Shown here one piece after another: positions 10,481-20,132 of a DNA stretch of 64,000 nucleotides (positions are counted from its first letter, which is position 1; each line of letters starts with the position of its first letter). Origin of the DNA: Candidatus Latescibacterota bacterium (GTDB lineage Bacteria > Latescibacterota > UBA2968 > GCA-2709665); the NCBI GenBank assembly GCA_965203805.1, contig OZ241917.1:5184001-5248000 (forward strand). The letters run 5' to 3'. The position numbers and the translations under genes were made by a program. The notes under the pieces were generated by a model. That model did not search any database. It worked only from the letters and a program-made list of their open reading frames with translations, and was not told the DNA's origin.

Positions 10481-11533
10481 ATGAATGACTCTACCAAGGA
10501 TGACCAGAAAGACGGTACAAATCTGAACGAGCAAGAATTGCAGGCCTTGGAGACGATCTTGAGGCGTACCGTTGCCTTCGAACAATATCGAAGTTTCGCT
10601 CAAAAACTTGAGCGTATTTCGCAAACCAAGAAGTCCAGTAAGAACCAGCGACGCTTGTCCGACCTCGAAGCCGAAGCGAAAGTGTGGCTCGATACTGTTA
10701 AATCCGCCGAAGCAGCCGGAGTCTTACACCCGAGCTATCGGTTTTTACTTACGTTGTACCCGATTGAACGTGTTCACGATGAACGTTGGGTCTGCGGCTG
10801 GTACGAGTCCGACCTTTGCGACATCAAGGCGGGGCTAGACGCCATACGTGAGATAAAGGGCCTTGGTGATGACGAGGACTGCACCATAGGGGAGAGGCCG
10901 GAGGATTGGGAGGAATTGGAACAGCAATACTCAGAAGTCTTAGACAGAAAGTTTGAAGAGGCGCTTCGGGAATTCGGTCTACACGAAATCGCTGATCTAT
11001 ACCACACGGACCGAGACGCATTCGACGCGCAACGTGAGCAAGGGCGTCGGCTCGCACTTGGGGAAATTTCCGATACGGAACAGATCGATGCCGCCGAGAA
11101 ACTGCTCGAAATTGAGGCCGAAGAATGTGCCAAAGCGGGAGCATATTACGCTGCAACGGTCATGATCGGGTCCGCATTGGAGGCTGCTCTCTTATTTGCC
11201 TGCCTGAAGCGCCTTGACGAAGCATTATCTGCCCGGAATCGATTGCCGAAATCTGAGCGACCCGATCGAGAGAATCCGAAGCGCTGGCGATTCGTGGAAC
11301 TGGCACGCATTGCAAATGAGGCGGGATGGCTACCGGATTTTGTAGTAGGGGATCGTAGGGTGTGCTCTCGATCGCTCATGGAAACTTTGCGGAGGCTGCG
11401 GAACCTGGCGCATCCGTCCCGTCACCTGACCGACGCGATAAATCGCGACATAAAAAGTGAGTATGCAAATGCGCGAGCCGCGTACAATCTGCTGAAGCGG
11501 CATTTGGCTGAACCTGGCGGCGATGCTCCGTAA
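10481..11533 (+). CDS. Hypothetical protein with C-terminal HEPN-like (DUF4145-like) domain
   Basis: AYYAATVMIGSALEAALL helix plus RRLRNLAHP (R-x4-H) motif; lies in the defence island. Confidence 0.65.
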   Translation: MNDSTKDDQKDGTNLNEQELQALETILRRTVAFEQYRSFAQKLERISQTKKSSKNQRRLSDLEAEAKVWLDTVKSAEAAGVLHPSYRFLLTLYPIERVHDERWVCGWYESDLCDIKAGLDAIREIKGLGDDEDCTIGERPEDWEELEQQYSEVLDRKFEEALREFGLHEIADLYHTDRDAFDAQREQGRRLALGEISDTEQIDAAEKLLEIEAEECAKAGAYYAATVMIGSALEAALLFACLKRLDEALSARNRLPKSERPDRENPKRWRFVELARIANEAGWLPDFVVGDRRVCSRSLMETLRRLRNLAHPSRHLTDAINRDIKSEYANARAAYNLLKRHLAEPGGDAP

Positions 11534-12154
11534 CTGTTAGAGTTATCAAGCGACTGATTTATTACACAACGCAGTCTCCGATCTCCCCTCAAAGTTGTGT
11601 GATGGGATGGATGTTTTTCGTTTTTCTCTTGTATCGTTGGTCGTGAAAACCTACCACGCGTATAAGTTAATTTTTTTTGTGGAAAAATAATGAGCCAAGG
11701 TCAAATTTGTAAACTTTGTGGGTGTGTCAGTAAACTTCAAAACTCTCATATATTGCCAGAGTTTCTATATAAATACTGTTATGATCCGATGCACCGGGCG
11801 ATCAAATTTAATACTCAGGAAATATCACGAATCATCGTACAAAAGGGAATTCGCGAACCTCTGTTATGTGTGAAGTGTGAGCGACATTTGAGCAAGATTG
11901 AGGGACGTTTTAAAACTGATTGGTATGATCGGGGTCGGTTGCCGGTACAATTTACGAAAGAATATTGGAGATTAGAAGGGTTTGATTATACTATGTTTAA
12001 GTTGTTTCATTTAAGCGTTCTTTGGCGTTGTTCGGTATCTAAAAACAAAGCATTCGCTACTGTTAGTTTAGGGCCTCACGAGCGACGCATCGCTCAACTG
12101 ATTCTCAGTGAAAATGCTGGCGAAGAACATGAGTATTCGATTATTGGCCAGCTT

Positions 12155-13319
12155 CTAGTGTTTCGTCCCAGGAATAACTTGCAAAAATAGTTCACTTGTC
12201 ATAGATTCCCTATAGCGAAAGGAGGAATCTATGGCCAGGGGACGTCCGTTAGCGCCACTGAGTATTGGGGATGAGGTTCGTGCGCAACTGGAAACCATTT
12301 CCCGTTCAAGAAGCATGTCGCACAGTCTTGTGTGCCGGGCGAAGATCGTTCTGATGAGTGATCAAGGGCTGTCGAATCAGCAGATCGGACGACAGCTTGG
12401 TCTGTCGGGAGCCACAGTCGGGAAGTGGCGCCGTCGGTTTTTAGAACAAGGTCTGATGGGGCTTTATGATGAATTGCGCCCCGGGGGGCCCCGCTCGATC
12501 AGCGATGAGCGCATCGCCTCGCTGATTCATGCAACGCTCAAAGACAAGCCGTCGGGAGCCACCCACTGGACCTGCCGCTCTCTGGCAGCCCAGACGCAAC
12601 TGTCCAAGTCCACGGTTCAGCGCGTGTGGAAAGCGTTTGGTCTACAGCCGCACCGGCAAAAACACTTCAAGCTGTCCAATGATCCGTTCTTTGTCGAGAA
12701 GGTACGTGACATTGTCGGACTGTATCTGAACCCTCCCGACAACGCGATGGTATTATGCGTTGACGAAAAGAGTCAGATCCAGGCATTGGAGCGAACGCAG
12801 CCGATATTGCCTTTGGGGTTGGGCTATGTGGAAGGGGTCACCCACAATTATATCCGGCACGGCACCACGACCTTGTTCGCCGCGCTGGAGGTCGCTTCCG
12901 GCAAGGTGCTGGCCCAATGCAAACCCCGACATCGACACCAGGAATTTTTACAATTCCTCAAATATATCGACCAAAACGTCCCGAAGGACCTTGACATTCA
13001 TCTCGTCGTCGACAACTACGCCACGCACAAGCACGAAAAAATCAAACGCTGGATCGCAGCCAGGCCCCGATACCACGTTCACTATACACCGACCTATGCG
13101 TCCTGGCTCAACCAGGTCGAGATCTGGTTCGGCATCATTACCCAGAAAGCCATCCGACGCGGGACCTTCAAAAAGGTGAAAGACCTCATCGCCAACATTC
13201 AGGATTTCACCAACCATTATAACGCCAACTCACGACCGTTCGTCTGGACCGCCACCGCAGAATCGATCCTTGACAAGATCACCAGACTTTTTGAACTAAT
13301 TCATGGGACAAGACACTAG
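12155..13319 (+). mobile_element. IS630-family element B, copy 2
   Basis: Near-identical to 6911-8075 and flanked by CTAG. Two substitutions seen in the left non-coding end. Confidence 0.93.
12231..13319 (+). CDS. IS630 transposase (protein identical to 6987-8075)
   Basis: The 362-aa translations in the ORF track are identical. Confidence 0.95.
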   Translation: MARGRPLAPLSIGDEVRAQLETISRSRSMSHSLVCRAKIVLMSDQGLSNQQIGRQLGLSGATVGKWRRRFLEQGLMGLYDELRPGGPRSISDERIASLIHATLKDKPSGATHWTCRSLAAQTQLSKSTVQRVWKAFGLQPHRQKHFKLSNDPFFVEKVRDIVGLYLNPPDNAMVLCVDEKSQIQALERTQPILPLGLGYVEGVTHNYIRHGTTTLFAALEVASGKVLAQCKPRHRHQEFLQFLKYIDQNVPKDLDIHLVVDNYATHKHEKIKRWIAARPRYHVHYTPTYASWLNQVEIWFGIITQKAIRRGTFKKVKDLIANIQDFTNHYNANSRPFVWTATAESILDKITRLFELIHGTRH

Positions 13320-13819
13320 TCCACAATGATGCTATTGTTCACAGTCTTGTATCTCCGGCGTTTAGGCTTAGATTAGACGGTTTGCATGTATATCTATTGG
13401 CTTACGGAGGCTGTGAGTGGTTCCTCCATGTTTCACGACATAATAAGACCGAAGTTAAAGAATTAGGGTTTGGAAAAGACGGAAGTCTAATTCTTATACG
13501 ACAGTCGTTCTTAGAATCAATTACTGCAAGGCTTATGGATGTAGAATTGCGGACAAAAGCAGGTCAGGATTTCGTGCAGGCGTATAAGAAACTAAGGAAG
13601 AAGTATGAGTGTCTCGAATCACAATAGTTGAGTTTTAAATACTGATGATATTATCGCAGAACTGCAAATGGACTACATCGGTCTTGCGGCGAGAATAATC
13701 GACGTCCCTTTGTCCGGTGCAGTTACAAGTATGGCTTCTGACGGACTACTACTTGTAGAAGATTCAGTTACCGGAACTTAGTGCCAAACAATCCGCCACA
13801 TATCGCGGCCGAGAGACAG

Positions 13820-14020
13820 ATGAACATCGCGACCAGTTTTCCGGACGGTTGGGACGAGAAACGTGTCCGCCGGCTCTTGGACCATTATGAATCACAGACC
13901 GAGGACGAGGCAGTGGCGGAAGACGATGGGGTACTGGAAGACAAAACACAAACGCTGATGGCAATTCCCAATGCGTTGGTTCCGGCCGTGAAGGCGCTTC
14001 TTTCGCGACACGCCAGATGA
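13820..14020 (+). CDS. Small acidic conserved hypothetical protein, antitoxin-like
   Basis: FPDGWDEKRVRRLLDHYESQTEDEAVAED pattern, which I recall from small TA-associated proteins; ATG at 13820. Confidence 0.55.
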   Translation: MNIATSFPDGWDEKRVRRLLDHYESQTEDEAVAEDDGVLEDKTQTLMAIPNALVPAVKALLSRHAR

Positions 14021-14750
14021 ACCCTTGGCTTGCTCGCGACCCTGGCGTATCCCACCCATCAACTCCCCGCACCATCCGACAACCGCTCTTTGTATCTGAT
14101 TAAATCCTTGCGAGTTATGGCCTCCGGCGGCACCAATTGGTATTGTCTCTCCGAGACGATTCGGATGTCGTCTCCATCCGTCTCGAATTCCAGCAGGGCA
14201 ATCACATTCTCACGCAAGATTTGTGCGCCTATGGGTCGGCAAATCAGGTCCGGCAATTTGTCGGCACAAAGCGCGATGTCCTGCTCGATCTGAATTCTGT
14301 TCAGTCTATCGCTGCCGCCCTTTGCCTGGACGGGTATCACATAGTGCGAGCCGCTCTTGTCGACACCCACGTAGATTTCGTCGGTCTCGACCTGACCCAT
14401 ATTTGGCACTGTCGTTCGGAGATGGTTCTGTAACGAATAGCACGCGATGCCAAGGAAGATGTCAATCAGGCGATTGTATCGAACCCGGGCCAAAACCGCC
14501 TGTTCATCATTGAACGCATATTTTGCGATGATTCCCGGAGTAGAGTCCGGCACCTTTGTCACCGAAAGATTCGGATTGGGCGTGAGCGGTATGTCGCTTA
14601 CCAATACAAACCTGTATTTGCCAGTTCCGGCAGGCCGAATAATCCATGTTTCGCCATCGGGTGCCTTGTCAAGAATACTCCTTGGAAGCGTCCTCCTGTA
14701 GCGAAACGTGTAGATCAAGTCACCCAGATTCTTCGGCAAGTCAACGTTGA

Positions 14751-16569
14751 GTCCACTCCGAAAAGTCGCATTTACTTATGCTGGTGAAAGTACTAAATTC
14801 GAAGTGTGAAAAGTCAGCAAGGATGAAGTATTGAGAATTACAATTGTAGAGAGCGTGGGAGAGGACAGATGTATAAGCCGAGTGCGTCGTGCAGTCAACC
14901 GGATCTGTTTTCGAATTTCGAGTCGCATTTCACACAGCGGAAGCAGGCGCAGTTGAATGATCCGAAGTCGTGGCATAATCTGTTTTACCAGCACATCACG
15001 TCAGAGATCGACGAGGATGTGTTTTCCGTGTTGTTTGATCCCGACATAGGCCGTCCCAATGCCCCGATTCGTCAGTTGGCGGCGATGATGGTCTTGAAGG
15101 AGGGCTTCGGGTGGAGCGATGCACAACTGTTCGAGCAATGTCGGTTCAATATCCTGGCGATGCGGGCATTGGGGTTGATGAATCTGTCTGATGAGGCGCC
15201 TGTGGAGTCGACGTATTATCTGTTCAAACAGTCCTTGTATGCGTATCAACTGAAAACCGGTCGGGATCTGGTTGGCGAGACCTTTAGCAGCTTAACGAAG
15301 ACGCAGGCCGACGCCTTTGGTGTGCTGGGTCAGCAAATCCGAATGGACAGTAAGTTAATCGGCTCGAACATTGCGCTATGTTGTCGGTTGCAGTTGGTGG
15401 TGGGTTGTTTACAACGGTTCTGGGGATCGTTGGACGAGGCCCGGAAGCGGCGATTATCAGGAAAACACCGGCAGGTTCTGGACGGAATGCTCAAGGTGAA
15501 GCCCCATCAGGTTGTCTACCGTCTCACCCGTGCTGAAAAAGGTGAGAAGCTACAGGAATACGGTGTGTTATTGAGCAGGCTTCAAGCGATCTATACCGAG
15601 AAAGACAGCGATCACTATGGTGTGATGGCGCGTGTTTTTGGAGACCAGTATTCGGTTTTATCCTCCTCCAAACAGGTGCTTCCCAAGCCGCCTGATGAGA
15701 TCTCCGCATCCTCCTTGCAGTCCCCCGATGACGAAGATGCGGCCTTTCGTAAGAAAGGGGAAGCGAAGGTGAAAGGATACAGTGTGAACCTCACCGAGAC
15801 CTGCGGTGAGGAGGGCCTCAATTTGATCACGGACATTGACGTCAAATCCGCGACAGCGCCCGACAACGCGTTTGTGCAAGCGGCCGTAGGGCGCACACAG
15901 CACGTGGTAGGGCAGGTTCGAGACGTGTCGATGGATGGGGCCTATAATGATCAATCCAACGCCGAGTACGCAAACGAACACGACAAGCAATTCTATTACA
16001 GTGGCCTGCAAGGAACCCCAGGGCGTTTCATTTATCGACGAACAAGAGAAGGCGTCGAAGTCATGGATCGAAATACCCAAGCCGTGCAGCTTGCCCAAGA
16101 ATACAAACCGGGGAAATACAAACTCATCATGGATGGCAAACCCCGATACTTTAAAGAACAGGCCATCGACAACTACATCAAACGCAAACAGAGTGAAGCC
16201 CTGCCTGAACACATCAGAAACCGACGCAATAACGTCGAAGCCAGCCTCTTCCAGTTGAGCTATTACACCCGAAACGGCAAAACTCGCTATCGTGGATTGA
16301 TGCCACATCAGCTGTGGGCGCACTGTCGTGGCTTATGGGTCAATCTCGTTCGGATCCAGAATTACCTCACCTCACCCACGATGCTCCCCGCATAAGATGC
16401 GACTTTTTTATGCATATCCTTGCCCCAAAACCACGCGAGCAACCTCGTAAACCGCCTCTGTGTTGATGGGCCGCAACCCGATGCACTTTCACCACGCAAC
16501 GCGACCTCTCAATACACAACACTGACACCTACACACGAAATCTTCCTGAACCCCCTTCTCGGAGGGGAC
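14751..16569 (+). mobile_element. IS1182/IS5-like (DDE) insertion sequence
   Basis: TIRs GTCCACTCCGAAAAG / GTCCCCTCCGAGAAG. 10-bp TSD TCAACGTTGA at 14741-14750 and 16570-16579. Confidence 0.9.
14869..16395 (+). CDS. DDE transposase (IS1182/IS5-like)
   Basis: GRPNAP..WSD (DUF772-like), RMDSKLI, SPDDEDA, DGAY and RNNVEA motifs. Confidence 0.88.
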   Translation: MYKPSASCSQPDLFSNFESHFTQRKQAQLNDPKSWHNLFYQHITSEIDEDVFSVLFDPDIGRPNAPIRQLAAMMVLKEGFGWSDAQLFEQCRFNILAMRALGLMNLSDEAPVESTYYLFKQSLYAYQLKTGRDLVGETFSSLTKTQADAFGVLGQQIRMDSKLIGSNIALCCRLQLVVGCLQRFWGSLDEARKRRLSGKHRQVLDGMLKVKPHQVVYRLTRAEKGEKLQEYGVLLSRLQAIYTEKDSDHYGVMARVFGDQYSVLSSSKQVLPKPPDEISASSLQSPDDEDAAFRKKGEAKVKGYSVNLTETCGEEGLNLITDIDVKSATAPDNAFVQAAVGRTQHVVGQVRDVSMDGAYNDQSNAEYANEHDKQFYYSGLQGTPGRFIYRRTREGVEVMDRNTQAVQLAQEYKPGKYKLIMDGKPRYFKEQAIDNYIKRKQSEALPEHIRNRRNNVEASLFQLSYYTRNGKTRYRGLMPHQLWAHCRGLWVNLVRIQNYLTSPTMLPA

Positions 16570-16717
16570 TCAACGTTGAGTTCAGAGGCAAACGTAACGA
16601 TGTCCTGCCTAACAAAATTAACTTCACGTTGGCCCGATTGAAACCCGGCTTGGAAAATCGCTTCTATGATGGCGGAATAGCGATCAGTCGTGGAAATGTC
16701 GTGCTCCTCTCCAATAG

Positions 16718-18022
16718 TCAACGGCCGGGCCATTCGAGTGTCACGACTTCCTCCCTGAGCTGTTCCCCGGTTACCGTGGAAAGTCGGGTTCGAAAGAGAT
16801 CGATGCCGGTAACAGTATAGCCCAGGGATTTGGCGACACCGGCCAACAGTTCGCCGGTTCGGATCATGACCCGTAGATAGGATGCCTGATCACCCACCAC
16901 ATAGGCGAGCTTGGCACCGGGTCTGAGTGCCGGCCGCAATGACGCGAGATGCTTCGCCATCCCCCCGAAGTACAGGAGTGTGACACGCGAATACTGCCGC
17001 TCGAAACCTGATGTCTTGCCCATTGCAATGCGTCGATTCTCAATCTCATTCGCAAGTCTGCGTATTTCTATATTGTCCGCGATTTCGCTGTCGTCGGTAT
17101 CAGCTTTGTACACACCGCGAGTGTTCGACCTGACCAGGTTCTGCTTCAGCATCCTCAGTTCGTGTCGGTTCTTTATGAGGCCAAGGACGACGGATTCCAG
17201 GCGTGTCGTTCTCGTGTAGTCCTTCTCGTTGGGATACGGCGGAGAAGTAATCACAACGTCGACGGAGCCCGGTTCAAGGATGCCTTCCACGCTGCGAGCG
17301 TCGGCATTAATGATGTGACTGGCCGTGCTTGCCAGACCAACGTAACGGTGAACGTCCCTGACAGCAGTCCGTATACATTCAAGCCAGGCGTCCACGACCG
17401 GTGCATCGTATTTGATCTTCCCGACCCCGACCTCCGGCCCGAACTTCAGATTGCTGATACGGTGTACCAGTGCATTGGCAAGGCAAAGGCGACCGTAACG
17501 CTGTAACTGACGATTACCGTGCCGGTCGATAGCGTCCAAGAGTACGAGCGCCTTGTGGAGAGGGCGGGGGCTGATCGAATCCTTTAAAAGTATATGCGAT
17601 CGCTCAGCAGGCAGCTCCTTAAGCGTGGCCGTCGGATTTCCATTTGCAGCGAACAGTGGAAGATCCTTCCATTCGTCCAATCCCTGTTCTTTCAGCGTCT
17701 TCTTCGTGGACTGCGCAACCTTTTCCGCGTAGTCGAGCAACGCTTCGTGGCATACACCCCAGTCGACCTTCACCGAACTTGCGAAATACGCCATCGGATT
17801 CGGCTCGATCCCGATGCTGCCAATGCCGAGTTTCTTGCACTCAACGGTCGTGGTCCCGGTCCCGCAGAATGGATCCAGCACGGTGTGAGAAGGTCGCACG
17901 TCGAACCGGTCAAGATACTTGCGGACCAGATGAGGAGGGTACGACAGGACAAACCGGTACCAGTCATGAACTTCCCGGTCTTCCGGCCGCAGCTTGTTCA
18001 ATTCCTTCATCTTCGTAGCCAT
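16718..18022 (-). CDS. DNA methyltransferase, alpha-order N4-cytosine type
   Basis: Motif I LDPFCGTGTT is N-terminal and catalytic TSPPY is downstream. Confidence 0.88.
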   Translation of the reverse strand: MATKMKELNKLRPEDREVHDWYRFVLSYPPHLVRKYLDRFDVRPSHTVLDPFCGTGTTTVECKKLGIGSIGIEPNPMAYFASSVKVDWGVCHEALLDYAEKVAQSTKKTLKEQGLDEWKDLPLFAANGNPTATLKELPAERSHILLKDSISPRPLHKALVLLDAIDRHGNRQLQRYGRLCLANALVHRISNLKFGPEVGVGKIKYDAPVVDAWLECIRTAVRDVHRYVGLASTASHIINADARSVEGILEPGSVDVVITSPPYPNEKDYTRTTRLESVVLGLIKNRHELRMLKQNLVRSNTRGVYKADTDDSEIADNIEIRRLANEIENRRIAMGKTSGFERQYSRVTLLYFGGMAKHLASLRPALRPGAKLAYVVGDQASYLRVMIRTGELLAGVAKSLGYTVTGIDLFRTRLSTVTGEQLREEVVTLEWPGR

Positions 18023-18476
18023 TCGATCGATCTGTGTGAGATATAACTTATTATATTTAAATAGAATATTGGAATTAACGGCCGAGGAATCGGATTCGAA
18101 ACCGGGCGTGAATTCCGGTGTCTGCCGGTAATATAGTCAGTAACACAATGGATTGCAAGATTCCGAAGGGTTTCTAGAGGATCCGGATATGTGGCCTTGT
18201 GTTGTGTTGCTGCAACGTCGGCATCAGGGGGCAGCGCTGATTTTAGATTTCCCTTGACTCGAAGCGGATCTTGGATTTCCTTCTTTGTCTGGCGAATGAA
18301 TCTGGTTGCTGCGGTTTGCGGGTGGTGTTGGGGTTTGTGAATTCGCGAAATTGAGTCGTCCCGTTCACTCGACCTCCGGGCGCGAGGAATGAAGAACAGA
18401 GCCGGATGTTCTTCATCATTCGCGCGCGCTCACCTCGGGGTCCAGGAGACGGGTTTTTTGTCCACATTGGGATGGT

Positions 18477-20111
18477 ATGCGGTCCATATCAGAGTTTCTG
18501 AGCGGCAAGACGCTGTTTGTGACGGGCGCAACGGGGTTTCTGGCGAAGGGATTCGTGGAGAAGATCCTGTTTTCGTCCCCTGAAGTGGCGCGGATCTATC
18601 TCCTGATCCGCCCCCGGTTGCGTTCCAACGGAAGACTGGTTTCTGAAACGGAACGGCTGGAGACCGAAGTTCTTCAGTCTCGCGCGTTCGGGAGGCTTCG
18701 AGAGAAGTGGGGCGCGGCGTTTCCGTCGGTGATGGCCGAGAAGATCCAGCCGGTTGCCGGCGATCTGACCGAAGACGGACTGGGGATTGCCTCCGGCCAG
18801 CACGAGCGTCTTGTTGACGAAGTCGATTTCGTCGTCAACTTTGCGGGTACCGTGGTCTTCGACGAGCCCATCGACAGCGCGCTCGAGCAGAACACGATGG
18901 GCGCCGCGCGGGTCGTGGCTTTCGCGAAGGCCTGCCGGCAAGCCGCGCTCGTACACGTGTCGACGGCGTACGTGAGCGGACAGCGGACCGGGCGGATTCA
19001 GGAAACCCCTTTTCCCCAGGACCGGAGCGTAACGGACCTCATCAACGGAAGCGCGGCCGGATTCGACCTTCAGGGCGAGATTGACGCCATTCGGTCCTTT
19101 GCGAAGAAGGTGAGGGAGGCGTCCAATGAGCCCGAATTGGAGGCGGCATTCCTGAAGCAGCTCCGGCGCAAGGACCGCGGCAAACGCGTGACCGACTACC
19201 GGAAGGCGCACCAGGTCGAGGCCCTCCGCCAGCGCTGGATCCGGAAGCAACTGGTGGATGAAGGGATGCGGCGGGCCAGGCGCTTCGGATGGAACGACAG
19301 CTATACGCTCACGAAGGCGATGGGTGAGCAGTTGATCGTAAAGTCGCACGGCGATCTGCCAATGGCCATCGTCCGGCCGGCGATCGTGGAAAGCAGCCTC
19401 GAGGACCCGGAGCCGGGATGGGTCGAAGACCTGAAAGTCGCCGATCCGCTGATCGTCCACTACGGCAAGGGCCGGCTGTCGAATTTTCCGATCGATCCCG
19501 GAATCGTCCTGGACATTGTACCCGTGGATGTGCTGAACAACGCCGTCGCGGCGGTACTCCCGCAGGTACACGGGTCGCATGAGATGAAGGTCTACCACGT
19601 GGCGTCGGGCTCGCAGAATCCGGTGCGTGCGAGTGAAGTGGTGGAACACGTTTACGGGTACTTCAAGACCTCGCCCTTACGCGACCGGAAAGGGCAGCCC
19701 ATCGAAGTCCGGCCCTGGCAGTTCATCGGCAGACGGCGGTTCTCATGGATTGTCCTTCTGAAATACAAGCTTCCGCTGCGCTTCCTGAAGGCGGCCGTAG
19801 ACTATTTGCCAACCCGGTGGGTTTCCCGTTACAGGCGCCGGGTGATGGCTTTGGAAGCCATACTGGTCAGGCTCGAGTCCCTGCTCGACATTTATTGCGG
19901 GTACACCCATCTGGACTGTGAATTCGAGACGGAGAATACGCGCCGGTTGTTCCAGGGGCTGAATCCTGAGGACCAGAGGGTGTTCAATTTCGACGTGACG
20001 CGCATCAACTGGCGGGAATACTTCCAGGAGATCCACATTCCGGGATTGAAACACCACGTGTTGAAAGAAGGGGACGGGGCGGTTTCCACGCTGACCGCCG
20101 GGGCCGATTGA
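18477..20111 (+). CDS. far: Fatty acyl-CoA reductase (fatty-alcohol forming; NAD_binding_4 + Sterile domain)
   Basis: TGATGFLAK, HVSTAYV, YTLTKAMGE, IVRPAIV, DIVPVD and C-terminal FNFDVTRINW...HIPGL. Confidence 0.92.
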   Translation: MRSISEFLSGKTLFVTGATGFLAKGFVEKILFSSPEVARIYLLIRPRLRSNGRLVSETERLETEVLQSRAFGRLREKWGAAFPSVMAEKIQPVAGDLTEDGLGIASGQHERLVDEVDFVVNFAGTVVFDEPIDSALEQNTMGAARVVAFAKACRQAALVHVSTAYVSGQRTGRIQETPFPQDRSVTDLINGSAAGFDLQGEIDAIRSFAKKVREASNEPELEAAFLKQLRRKDRGKRVTDYRKAHQVEALRQRWIRKQLVDEGMRRARRFGWNDSYTLTKAMGEQLIVKSHGDLPMAIVRPAIVESSLEDPEPGWVEDLKVADPLIVHYGKGRLSNFPIDPGIVLDIVPVDVLNNAVAAVLPQVHGSHEMKVYHVASGSQNPVRASEVVEHVYGYFKTSPLRDRKGQPIEVRPWQFIGRRRFSWIVLLKYKLPLRFLKAAVDYLPTRWVSRYRRRVMALEAILVRLESLLDIYCGYTHLDCEFETENTRRLFQGLNPEDQRVFNFDVTRINWREYFQEIHIPGLKHHVLKEGDGAVSTLTAGAD

Positions 20112-20132
20112 CCGGCTTGCGGGTTTTTACGA

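Larger units (their letters stand above)
11690..13627 (+). pseudogene. HNH-like Zn-binding protein, interrupted by IS630
   Basis: CKLC...SHILP...LLCVKCE motifs. Removing the IS gives GQLL|VHNDAIVHS...LHVYLLAYGG in frame with ORF 13382-13627 (258 aa). Confidence 0.75.
14059..16733 (-). pseudogene. PD-(D/E)XK restriction endonuclease, interrupted by IS
   Basis: Removing the IS and one TSD joins ...TFASELNV|DLPKNLGDLIY in frame. Has VETDEIYVG...PVQAK motif and sits directly downstream of the MTase. Confidence 0.8.

Noticed and set aside
6911-13319. Composite transposon formed by the two IS630-B copies
   Set aside because: Each copy has its own CTAG target and restores a different gene when removed, so they are independent insertions.
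18075-18110. tRNA 3' fragment/att site at the island edge (GGATTCGAAACC)
   Set aside because: Only a loose T-loop resemblance. There is no cloverleaf, no matching repeat at the other edge and no integrase in the window.
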